NCBI GenBank assembly: GCA_964389675.1
Contig: CAYMEV010000006.1
Location: 91,217-146,886 of the forward strand
Direction of reading: 5' to 3'
DNA from: an uncultured Candidatus Sumerlaeota bacterium
GTDB lineage: Bacteria; CAYMEV01
Length of the DNA stretch: 55,670 bases
This document shows, piece by piece, positions 20,391 to 29,368 of this stretch (its first letter is position 1; each line of letters begins with the position of its first letter). Under the pieces are notes generated by a model that saw nothing but the letters and a program-made list of their open reading frames with translations, ran no database searches and had not been told where the DNA came from. The position numbers and the translations under genes were made by a program.

Positions 20391-20771
20391 TCAGTTAATC
20401 CAGAATTTCCATTTTATCTGGCGTGATATACCTTCTGTTTCTAGTCTTAAAAGTATATTATCCTCCCCGGGAGTATATTCCCAGGAAACTGTTTCCCCTG
20501 ATTTTGCGGATGGAAATACACTGAATTCCACATAATCTTCAGAATGTTTCTCGCTCTTGAAATAAAGTTTGAAGGTCGGCATAGAAGGCTGTGATTCCTT
20601 ATCTGTCCTTTTAGCATTAACTTCATAAGATTTACCGGCTTTCAGTTTTGTCTTTTTCTTAAAACAGTACTCATCCTTAGACCATGAAAAGTTTATCTTC
20701 TTTGTCCCGGCCTCAATCAGAAAGGGTGACAGGAGACAAAACACGAGCAATAAGGATATGGCATTTTTCAT
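20391..20771 (-). CDS. Hypothetical secreted protein
   Basis: GGAGG RBS, signal-peptide-like N-terminus, 126 aa. Confidence 0.7.
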   Translation of the reverse strand: MKNAISLLLVFCLLSPFLIEAGTKKINFSWSKDEYCFKKKTKLKAGKSYEVNAKRTDKESQPSMPTFKLYFKSEKHSEDYVEFSVFPSAKSGETVSWEYTPGEDNILLRLETEGISRQIKWKFWIN

Positions 20772-20825
20772 TGAATAACCTCCCTCGGTATTATTATAAT
20801 AAAAATCCTTTTTTCCCGATTCTCT

Positions 20826-22415
20826 TTATTCTATCTCCAGCAATGGGGCTTCAGATGCCCATAGATCGTGAATAAAACCATAGAGATTCTCAGTGACTGA
20901 TATTTTGTAGGGTGTAGGGTTCAGAGCCCTTATGTGATCCTTTCTTATTTCATTAAGCTGAGATGATACAAAATCCCTTATCTCAGAGGGAGACCTTCTT
21001 TTTCTAATTCTGTTCCCGTCCCAGTACTGCTTTGTGAGAGGAAGGATTTTGTAAGGGATGACAACCGCCTTTTTTATCTCATTGAATGGATGCCTGCAGA
21101 GGACTTTCTCTCCGGCATCTGGAGGTTTATCACCAACAGGGACCATCAGGTCAAGGATAGGATAGCCTTCCCTGCCAAAAAGCCTGTAGACATTCTTTCT
21201 GCCTGGAATAGTGATTTTTCCCAGGTCCTGAGATATCTTTATCCTTGGAAGGCCATCAGCTTCAACAAGCTTGTAAACACCTCCCAGGGCTGGCTGTGCC
21301 TGGCAGGTAACAAGATGAGTGCCTATTCCAAATATATCTATCTCATGCCCCTGTGCATTAAGTGAATAAAGGACCTCTTCATTTATATTATTGCTTGCAA
21401 CAATCCTGAAGAAAGAAAGGTCCATATCATAAAAAAGGCTGGTATCCACAAATATCTTCCTGGCTGTTTTTGAAAGGTGTGCAAGATCTCCCGAATCAAT
21501 CCTTATTCCTATCGGTTTATAACCAAGCTTTATAAGTGCCAGAGCAACGCATAAAAAGTTCGGTATCCCTGATTTCAGGGTATCATATGTATCAACAAGA
21601 GCAAGAAAGCTTTCAGGATACGCCAGCGCATAGGATATAAAAGAGGCAAGCTCGCCATTATTAGTATGAGTATAATGAAGCTCCCTTCTTATATCAAGTG
21701 TCAGATCCAGAAGGTCATATTCCTCATTGCCGGCAATATCTCTTATAACTGTTCTGCCAAGGTCTGAAAGATCCCTGAAAGATTGAACATATGAGTGAGC
21801 ATGGGTACCTGCAACTGGTATATCATAAAGCATTCCGGCCAGGACATTGCTGGTCGATTCAAATCCTCCGATATAGGAATATCTTGATGCTGATACCGCA
21901 CCGTCTATTCCCTGGGCTCTCCTCAGGCCAAATTCAATTAGAGTCTTTTCCTGTCCGGCAGCAATTCGGAATCTTGACGCATTAGTTGCAATAAGGGATG
22001 GAAAATTTACAAGGTTAAGGAGAGGTGTTTCAAGCAGCTGAGCGATGGCCAGAGGCCCCTCTACCCGGATCAGGGGTATATTGGGAAATGCCACCGTGCC
22101 TTCATCAAGGGCATAAAGCCTTATTTTTGACATGTCAATACTGCTGAGCCATTCAAAAAATGCTTCGTCTTTTATATTCATTGTTTTTTTCAGGTATTCT
22201 ATATGCTCTTCTTCAAAACTATATCTCTCGAGATATGAAAGAACCTCTTCCAGCCCTGCAAAAACTGCAAATTCACCCAGGAATGGGTTCTCTCTGAAGT
22301 AAAGATCGAATGCAGCGTCTTTATTATGGATACCATTTTTCCAGTAGGCGTATGCCATTGTAAGTTGATAAAAATCCGTCAGCATTGCTGAGGCAAAACT
22401 ATTATATCTGAGCAT
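20826..22415 (-). CDS. pncB: Nicotinate phosphoribosyltransferase
   Basis: Start revised to ATG 22415 (GGAGGA RBS). Motifs LTDFYQLTM, EFGLRRAQG, GTHAHS, LVDTYD, RIDSGDL and GGVYKLVE. Confidence 0.95.
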   Translation of the reverse strand: MLRYNSFASAMLTDFYQLTMAYAYWKNGIHNKDAAFDLYFRENPFLGEFAVFAGLEEVLSYLERYSFEEEHIEYLKKTMNIKDEAFFEWLSSIDMSKIRLYALDEGTVAFPNIPLIRVEGPLAIAQLLETPLLNLVNFPSLIATNASRFRIAAGQEKTLIEFGLRRAQGIDGAVSASRYSYIGGFESTSNVLAGMLYDIPVAGTHAHSYVQSFRDLSDLGRTVIRDIAGNEEYDLLDLTLDIRRELHYTHTNNGELASFISYALAYPESFLALVDTYDTLKSGIPNFLCVALALIKLGYKPIGIRIDSGDLAHLSKTARKIFVDTSLFYDMDLSFFRIVASNNINEEVLYSLNAQGHEIDIFGIGTHLVTCQAQPALGGVYKLVEADGLPRIKISQDLGKITIPGRKNVYRLFGREGYPILDLMVPVGDKPPDAGEKVLCRHPFNEIKKAVVIPYKILPLTKQYWDGNRIRKRRSPSEIRDFVSSQLNEIRKDHIRALNPTPYKISVTENLYGFIHDLWASEAPLLEIE

Positions 22416-22432
22416 CTGCTTCCTCCACTTTT

Positions 22433-23449
22433 TCAGCTCCATTCACTGATCAGAGCATCTGATTCAACTATATTAAAGCCAAAATCTCTGAATTCGTCAA
22501 AAAGCCTTTCCGATATCTCCGTAAAGTCAATAATGCCGGGAATTACCACCGGAGATGTACAATCCGCAAGGATATAGATCTTATTGGCTAGGCTTATATC
22601 TCTTTTGATTATATATTCCTTGAGGTCTCCAAGAGTCCAGGCAAGGCAATGGCTTTTCGCCTGCCCGGCAAAAATTATCCTGTCATAGCCTAGTAGTTTT
22701 TCTATTAGAGAATTATCGGGTTTTAAGGGCTTTCTGTCAATATCAGCAAGCACCTCCGGGCTGAATATTGAATAGTTTTCACTCAGCGGGTTGGAGCCTT
22801 TTACCTCAAAATGAGACTGGCTGTACCTTGAAATATTATGGAAGAATATAGCCTCTTCCACTATCGATACAAGGCTGTGGCCGATTCCGCCGAGTATTGC
22901 ATGAAAAGGCCATATGATCAGGTCATATTTGCCGCTTGCCCTGAGGCTTTCAACATAGTAAAGCATATACTCCTGCAGCTTTTCATAATCCTTATAACCC
23001 AGGCTTTTTACGACCTCCGGATTGACCATATATCTCTTTTCCCTTATATCACTGTCTGTAATTATGGTCATGGGTGATGGGTGCTTTCCTTTTTCATCGA
23101 TAAAGAATATCTGGTGGAAAACCTGCATTGCATGATGTGTATCCATGGTCGGGACTATGCAGGTAATCCGGTCAAGGTTTGTGTAAATAAACCTGCAGAG
23201 CCTCTGATTATCCTCTACAGCGGCCATCCCGCTTCTTCCCGCCACAAAAAGCTCAAATCCAGGAATGCAGAATGTATTCTGGACATCGACGAGTACGAGG
23301 CAGACTTTCTCAGCATCAAGGGAAGATGGACTGATATCATATCTGTTCTTGTATTCAATTGCGCTCTGGAAAAGATTCTGGTAGTCAACTCTGTATATCC
23401 TGTCAGCCTTTGATTCGTCAAAATGTACCGGTATATCGATTCTGCGCAT
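22433..23449 (-). CDS. Isochorismatase-family cysteine hydrolase, probable nicotinamidase (long type)
   Basis: Motifs VDVQNTFC (Asp), TMDTH, IWPFH, KG and GQAKSHC (Cys); lies directly upstream of pncB. Confidence 0.8.
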   Translation of the reverse strand: MRRIDIPVHFDESKADRIYRVDYQNLFQSAIEYKNRYDISPSSLDAEKVCLVLVDVQNTFCIPGFELFVAGRSGMAAVEDNQRLCRFIYTNLDRITCIVPTMDTHHAMQVFHQIFFIDEKGKHPSPMTIITDSDIREKRYMVNPEVVKSLGYKDYEKLQEYMLYYVESLRASGKYDLIIWPFHAILGGIGHSLVSIVEEAIFFHNISRYSQSHFEVKGSNPLSENYSIFSPEVLADIDRKPLKPDNSLIEKLLGYDRIIFAGQAKSHCLAWTLGDLKEYIIKRDISLANKIYILADCTSPVVIPGIIDFTEISERLFDEFRDFGFNIVESDALISEWS

Positions 23450-23461
23450 AGTATCTCCTTT

Positions 23462-24529
23462 TTAAATATCCAGATTAAATCCTATGCCTGGTTTATTTGT
23501 AGGGTATAGAATTCCCTTTTTAATTAATACTGCTCCTGAGGAGGGATCCCCAATAAGTGAAAGATGGCTGTCAAGATCTGCATAAACGACATTTGGCCTT
23601 GCCAGGGCAAAATGCAGGCCAGCTGCTATGGAATATGCAGATTCATCCATGCATCCGACCATAGTTTCGAGTTTTGCTGATGCTGCAACAGCGTTAATCA
23701 TAACAGCTTCGCTTATCCCTCCAACCTTTACCAGTTTTATATTTATCATGTCCACCAGTGATCTTCTTGCAAGCCTGAATGCATCCCTGAGGGTAACCAG
23801 GCTTTCATCAGCCATTACAGGAATGGATACGCTTTTAGTCACTTTTCTTAAAAGATCATATTCTGTCTTCGGGGTGGGCTGTTCAATCAGTTCTATCTTT
23901 TCCTTCTTGGTCTCTTTAACAAATTTTATAGCATCCTCAACTGAGTATCCCTGGTTTGCGTCAAATCTAAGTTCTATACCCCTGCTCAAAGCCTCTCTTA
24001 TTTTTCTAATCTTTTCAATATCTTCATTAACATCCAGCCCACCCTTTATCTTTATAGACTTAAAACCCTGTCCGGCATACTCCTCAGCCTTTTTTACTGT
24101 TGTATCGATATCCATTATCCCTATTGTTATGCTGGTCTTCATCCTGTCCCTGAAGCCTCCAAGAAGCTTCCAGAGAGGCATGCCAGCAGCTTTTCCCAGT
24201 ATATCATGAAGCACCATATCAACTCCTGCCAGCACTGAAGGCTCTTTTGGTATCCTTTCTTTCAGGTTGAAGAGGACTTTTGCCATCCTCAAAGGATCTG
24301 ACGCCAGCAGTACTGGTGAAACAATACTGTTAAATGTATCAGTAACACTATCCGGTGTTTCCCCGGTTATGGCAAAATCAGGAGCACAGCAGCCGAACCC
24401 TGTTATATTGCTGTCTGTATCCGCCTTTATAAATATGTTCACTGCCGTATCTATGGTCTCATATGCTATCCTGTAAGGCTCAGACAGCTTCATCTCTACT
24501 CTTGTCAGCTTAATATCTGTAATCTTCAT
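23462..24529 (-). CDS. Dipeptide epimerase (L-Ala-D/L-Glu epimerase-like, enolase superfamily)
   Basis: KIK catalytic Lys, metal ligands in DANQGY/EQP/ADES, NIKLVK, GCMDES and the DLD substrate motif. Confidence 0.88.
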   Translation of the reverse strand: MKITDIKLTRVEMKLSEPYRIAYETIDTAVNIFIKADTDSNITGFGCCAPDFAITGETPDSVTDTFNSIVSPVLLASDPLRMAKVLFNLKERIPKEPSVLAGVDMVLHDILGKAAGMPLWKLLGGFRDRMKTSITIGIMDIDTTVKKAEEYAGQGFKSIKIKGGLDVNEDIEKIRKIREALSRGIELRFDANQGYSVEDAIKFVKETKKEKIELIEQPTPKTEYDLLRKVTKSVSIPVMADESLVTLRDAFRLARRSLVDMINIKLVKVGGISEAVMINAVAASAKLETMVGCMDESAYSIAAGLHFALARPNVVYADLDSHLSLIGDPSSGAVLIKKGILYPTNKPGIGFNLDI

Positions 24530-24534
24530 ATTAT

Positions 24535-26856
24535 TTAATACTTTCTCTGGTAAATTTCATCCAGCGTAAGGTCTTTGAGATCTTCAATGAACCTTACCAG
24601 GTTTTGTATTATAAGCTCCCAGATCTTCCTTCCTTTTTCAAGGCTGGCTTTGGTAGGGTCTCCCAGAACACCGCTTTTGGATATCTTTGCTGTCCTTGTA
24701 TACCAGTCTATGCTCCTCTTCTGTGTAAAATTCAGGTATTTATTGGAAAAACTGGGGACAAAGGAACTAGCTTTGCCTATATCGACAAGCTCACCCCTGT
24801 TTGCCATTGATGTGCTTGTTTCAATCTCTCCTGCATGAACATCATTGGGTGTATCAATAAGCTTCGAGACATCTATATCGCTTGATTCACCACTGTCAAC
24901 ACAGGTAAATATATGTGCATCCCTGTTTATCTTCTGTGCAGCAATATTTAGTGCAGGGCTGTTCCCTCCGTGCCCGTTAATTATAATAAGCTTTGTTACT
25001 CCGTTTTTGGCACAATTCATTCCAATATCATATACCAGATTTGAAAGTGTATCAGGCCCGATGCTCAATGTTCCCGAAAAATCCTCATGGTGATAAGAGA
25101 CTCCGTATGGGATAAGGGGCAGCACCAGTGGCCTGGGGTTTCGGCAGCGCTCTGCCACCTTTCTGCAGAGGTATTCTGCATCAAAAGCATCTGTATCAAG
25201 CGGGAGATGGGGGCCATGCTGCTCGATTGAGCCGACCGGCAGAAGGGCAATATCAACTATCTTCAGGTATTCCTCTGCTTCGGTCCATTTGAGCTTGCCC
25301 CACTCAAAAGGAAGCCTGCTCAATTTTTCAACATTCCTCCTCCTCTTATCCTGAATATCAAAGGGGTAGGGTTTCTTCATCATGGGTTCACTCAAAAGGT
25401 CAAACTCAATCCAGACCCTGCCCACCTTTTTTACTGACCTTGGGCAGTATTTGCGAAATATCTCAAATAAAGGCATCCTTAAATCCATCGGCATTGTATC
25501 AAAGGGGGATTTTTCACCGTCAAACCTTAGATCTGTGACCTCATGCCTTGGCTTTACAGGCGCTTTGTTTCCGGCCCTGCTCCTGTGTCCCATGCTGTTC
25601 AAAAGGTATATTGCATGCTGGGTACATGCCAGCTCCTGGTGGAGGCTCTTTGTCATGAATTCCTCAAGGCATCGTTTTATCTGCTCATCGTTGTATCCGC
25701 ATCTATGGGGGTCACCGCCCAGAGAACTCAGCATACCTACTATTCTCCTGCATTTCTCGCACTGTCCGCATGGTTTTGCTTTATCTTCCTTTAATTTGGC
25801 TGAATGGCAGGATACCTGATGCTTTTGAATATCAGGGTACCTCCTGTAAAGTATATGCTGAATCATCAACTCCGAAAGGTTTCGCAGAAGTGAAAACTGG
25901 ATTATATTATAGTTCTTGTTCTTATAATACCTGGTCAATGCATTGTCAAAGTACCTGCTCTGGTCATAAAGCCCGTTATAGTGAGTGATACCCTTATATG
26001 TCAGCCTGTATGTAGTATCATATTCATCACCTATAATGATCCTGCCTATGCCCCTTTTTCTTACTACCGGCAGCACCCCGAAAAGAAATACGGCTACAGT
26101 CCAGAGCCTTATCGGGTAATCATCAGAAGGCAGTTTCTGGTAATTTTTTTTAATAAAGGAGAAATTCCTCAGGAAAAAATTGAATACCCTGTCTGAATTT
26201 GTCCATACCCTGGATGTATTTTCAATATTACCCTTAAAGTACCTGTATGCATTCAGGCTCGTAAACCAGTGCCTTCCGGATTCATTTACGAATACGGGAT
26301 GAACCTCCTTTTTAAGCTCCTTAAGCAATGCAAAGCTTAGAAGGCTGTCCTTGCCACCGCTTGAAAGGACAGCATAAGATTCCTGGTCAGCCGGCCATTG
26401 CCTGAAAATCTCTTCAGGCATCTTCTTACCATTGGAATTGAATTCAATAATTGCCCTTTTATGCACATTTCCATATCCCTTAAGCCTTTCAGCAAAAGAG
26501 CTGTGTATATATATATTAGGCCTGAGCATCTTTTTTGCAAGTATCTCCCTGGATGTAAGATCAACCATTTCCCTTATAAATTTTCGGTCATTTTCTGTAA
26601 ATATGCCATTAAACCGGATCTTTTTGCAGAACAGGCCATAATTGAATGCCAGCTGTGAACCGATAACAGATGCCAGGTTCATGTCTTCCAATGATTGAAC
26701 AAAAACATCCTCAGGGTATTTATATATAAGGTCTGCTGATTCTGAATTTCCATTTTTTTCTATCCTGTAGGGCATGCTGATTCTATTTTTGTCAACCCTT
26801 GCAGGGCCAACTTCAAGGATTTCTATCTCATTCAACAGATCAGGTTCAACTTCCAT
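24535..26856 (-). CDS. Fusion of an N-terminal PP-loop/Cys-cluster domain (QueC/MurL-like) and a C-terminal creatininase-family amidohydrolase
   Basis: N-terminal part: LSSGGKDSLLS and SCHS...PCGQCEKCRR. C-terminal part (from about aa 517): PVGSIEQHGPHLPLDTD, YGVSYHH, NGHGGN, HAGEIETS and GVLGDP. Confidence 0.85.
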   Translation of the reverse strand: MEVEPDLLNEIEILEVGPARVDKNRISMPYRIEKNGNSESADLIYKYPEDVFVQSLEDMNLASVIGSQLAFNYGLFCKKIRFNGIFTENDRKFIREMVDLTSREILAKKMLRPNIYIHSSFAERLKGYGNVHKRAIIEFNSNGKKMPEEIFRQWPADQESYAVLSSGGKDSLLSFALLKELKKEVHPVFVNESGRHWFTSLNAYRYFKGNIENTSRVWTNSDRVFNFFLRNFSFIKKNYQKLPSDDYPIRLWTVAVFLFGVLPVVRKRGIGRIIIGDEYDTTYRLTYKGITHYNGLYDQSRYFDNALTRYYKNKNYNIIQFSLLRNLSELMIQHILYRRYPDIQKHQVSCHSAKLKEDKAKPCGQCEKCRRIVGMLSSLGGDPHRCGYNDEQIKRCLEEFMTKSLHQELACTQHAIYLLNSMGHRSRAGNKAPVKPRHEVTDLRFDGEKSPFDTMPMDLRMPLFEIFRKYCPRSVKKVGRVWIEFDLLSEPMMKKPYPFDIQDKRRRNVEKLSRLPFEWGKLKWTEAEEYLKIVDIALLPVGSIEQHGPHLPLDTDAFDAEYLCRKVAERCRNPRPLVLPLIPYGVSYHHEDFSGTLSIGPDTLSNLVYDIGMNCAKNGVTKLIIINGHGGNSPALNIAAQKINRDAHIFTCVDSGESSDIDVSKLIDTPNDVHAGEIETSTSMANRGELVDIGKASSFVPSFSNKYLNFTQKRSIDWYTRTAKISKSGVLGDPTKASLEKGRKIWELIIQNLVRFIEDLKDLTLDEIYQRKY

Positions 26857-27940
26857 CCTGCAAATACTCTCCTTTTTTTAAATGGCTGATGGCAAGCTCA
26901 ATAAGCCTTTCGATATCCTCACTGAAAGGGTCGATGCAGGGGATACCGATCTCCCTCTCAAGCTCCCTGCATACTGAAGGTATGTCTTCTTTCCTTATAT
27001 TTTCATGATTAACAGTCACCGCAATAACAGGTTTTGCTGAAAGCACTCTTATAAGCTCCAGCTGTCTTTCCAGTGGATGCAGAGGGTAATTTGGAAATCC
27101 ATCATAAAACCTTCTCATAGGTGCATGCTGAAGAATTATCAGGTCCGGCCTCCCGGCTGCAAGTATCTCAAACCCTCCTGGATAAGCCGGGTTCATCAGG
27201 CTTCCCTGGCCCTCTATCACTATAATATCAGGATTTTTTTCCAAATATGCCCTGTATACGGCATTCTCAATTTCACCTGATACAAAATCATTAATTATAG
27301 AATCCATGACTATGCTGTATTCAGCACCCTGAAGCCAGGCAGTCTGCCCGGTCCCTATCATCTCAGCCCTGATCCCTTTTCTATTAAGCCCTTCAACAAT
27401 CAGCCAGGCAGTAGTTCTCTTGCCAATGGCTGAATCTGTGCCAAGTATTGCAATTTTCAGGCTCTTGACCTTTTCAATATTCCCTGAAAAGAAGTGCAGG
27501 TCATTTACCGGCGGGGGTTTGCGTATATCCCTTAATACCACTTTATACTGCTTCGCAAGGGAAACCAGCTCAATGTCATCAATAAGATAGTCATGAAGGC
27601 CTGAATCAACATTAAGCCCCAATCTTACTGCATTGATTACGGATTCTCTGTCGCTTTTCGACAGCCTCCCTCCATCAGGTGCAATACCAATTACAAGCTG
27701 ATCTGGCTTCATTCCCTTCTCAATGGAATGCCTGTAAGCGCTTTCAATATCCCTGTATATCTTTATTCCATTTTCTTTGCCGTCAAGCACTGCCCCTGCA
27801 TCCATTCCCACATACCTTGAGTCAATTACTGATAATACCCTGTATCTTCGCGTAAACCTTACAAGACCGTGAGCAGTCTTTCCGTTTGGTGTGTTGAAAG
27901 CCCCTTCGCAGTAGACTATTGCATTCAACAGTGTATCCAT
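26846..27940 (-). CDS. DUF1611 family P-loop protein (DgcN-like)
   Basis: Motifs GKTAHGLVR, GIAPDGG, SGLH, GTDSAIGKRTT, GTGQT, DFVSGEIE, EGQGSL and QHAP. Confidence 0.88.
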   Translation of the reverse strand: MDTLLNAIVYCEGAFNTPNGKTAHGLVRFTRRYRVLSVIDSRYVGMDAGAVLDGKENGIKIYRDIESAYRHSIEKGMKPDQLVIGIAPDGGRLSKSDRESVINAVRLGLNVDSGLHDYLIDDIELVSLAKQYKVVLRDIRKPPPVNDLHFFSGNIEKVKSLKIAILGTDSAIGKRTTAWLIVEGLNRKGIRAEMIGTGQTAWLQGAEYSIVMDSIINDFVSGEIENAVYRAYLEKNPDIIVIEGQGSLMNPAYPGGFEILAAGRPDLIILQHAPMRRFYDGFPNYPLHPLERQLELIRVLSAKPVIAVTVNHENIRKEDIPSVCRELEREIGIPCIDPFSEDIERLIELAISHLKKGEYLQDGS

Positions 27941-29091
27941 CAGCTTTTTCTCCCGGTAAGCAGAACAACATACTTATCGCCGGCAAGGGATTCCTTTTTA
28001 TGCATCTCCAGGAGCACTACCAGCCCTGCTGTGCTTGCAGGAAGCACATGAAGCCCCTCCAGGTCCCTTATCATCTTTGAGTAATTCAGCATATTCTTGT
28101 CACTGGCATAGGATGCATATCCATTGGTTGCCCTGATATACTCAAGAGCCAGATCGCCATCTATTGAATGCCAGTTGATGAGGGGTTCATTTACAGGTGT
28201 TTCTTTTATCTTTTCCGGCTTAAGGTCCACACAATGCTCAAGATTCTTTTTATAAGCCTGAATTATGGGATTCTTGCCATGAGAAGACCCTGCAATAAAC
28301 CTTGGTATCCTTGAAGTCTTGCCTCTCCTGTAAAGGCTTACAAATCCCTTATAGACTCCTGCAAGCGTTGTGCCGTTTGATACAGGAACTGCTAAAAAAG
28401 ACGGGGCATCTCTCAGTTCATCATAAATCTCATAGGCAATGGCTCCGTATGCTTTCAGCTGAATGGCAGTATTTGACCCTCCCGGATTTGCGTCGTATAT
28501 CTCGTCTTTTTCAGCAAGCATCCTTGACAGGTTGACAGCCTCTTCATAGTCGCCCTTTATTTTGATAATATTTGCATTATATTTCTCAATTTCCTGAATC
28601 CTTCTTGTATGATAGTTCTCAGGAATATATATATAGCATGTAAGTCCTGCCAGTTGCGCTGCAAGAGCAATTGCAACACCATAATTCCCGCATGTTGCAA
28701 CAGTTATTGCATCATATCCCCTTCTTAAGGCATCCATGGACTGTTCGAATGCAATCCTGTCCTTTTGTGTGCCTGTTGGATTTCCTCCCTCAAACTTAAG
28801 GTAGATCTGTCTTAGATTGAACTCCCTCTCAAGGTTTTTCGCCCTGTTCATATTGGTATCGCCTATCTCGGAATCAACTATATCCTCATAGGCTTCCAGC
28901 CTCTCTTCCATAGGGAGGTTCCTGTCGCTTGCAGCAATAACCTGGGGTTTCATCTCAGGGGCTATTGCAGGGGCTTGCGATGTCGCCCCGTCTAATAAAA
29001 GAAAATCACTGGTTTTTTCATAATTCCCGGCTTTGCCGGATTCTGAATGATCATCAGTTTTTGACCTTTTATCATTTATCCCGGGCATCAT
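27940..29091 (-). CDS. PLP-dependent fold-type II enzyme (threonine synthase-like, atypical)
   Basis: KFEGGNPTGTQKDRIA (PLP Lys), ATCGNYG, PVSNGTTLAG and LLTGR; AGGAGG RBS; its stop overlaps the DUF1611 start (TGATG). Confidence 0.85.
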   Translation of the reverse strand: MMPGINDKRSKTDDHSESGKAGNYEKTSDFLLLDGATSQAPAIAPEMKPQVIAASDRNLPMEERLEAYEDIVDSEIGDTNMNRAKNLEREFNLRQIYLKFEGGNPTGTQKDRIAFEQSMDALRRGYDAITVATCGNYGVAIALAAQLAGLTCYIYIPENYHTRRIQEIEKYNANIIKIKGDYEEAVNLSRMLAEKDEIYDANPGGSNTAIQLKAYGAIAYEIYDELRDAPSFLAVPVSNGTTLAGVYKGFVSLYRRGKTSRIPRFIAGSSHGKNPIIQAYKKNLEHCVDLKPEKIKETPVNEPLINWHSIDGDLALEYIRATNGYASYASDKNMLNYSKMIRDLEGLHVLPASTAGLVVLLEMHKKESLAGDKYVVLLTGRKS

Positions 29092-29152
29092 CCCAGCCTC
29101 CTGTATGAAACTGAAAAGATAAAGACATATAAGGGATAAGAATCTTTTTCAT
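29072..29152 (-). CDS. Putative 26-aa leader peptide MKKILIPYMSLSFQFHTGGWDDARDK
   Basis: ATG at 29152 with GGAGG 7 nt upstream (29160-29164); TGA at 29074-29072; overlaps the RBS and start of the PLP gene out of frame. Confidence 0.3.
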   Translation of the reverse strand: MKKILIPYMSLSFQFHTGGWDDARDK

Positions 29153-29368
29153 GCAAAATCCTCCGCCAACTTATCATTTCCTGTTTTTTATGCTAACACG
29201 GAAATAAAAAAAATCAAGAATTTAGATATCAGCTGATAGCATAAAAATCTGCAAAATACATATAATAAAATGATTTAGCTTTTTGAATACTCTGAAAAAT
29301 ATTTTTTTTATTTATTTTTGAAAAGTCCTGTATAAAACTATTTCATACACTGAAAGGTTATAAAAGGT

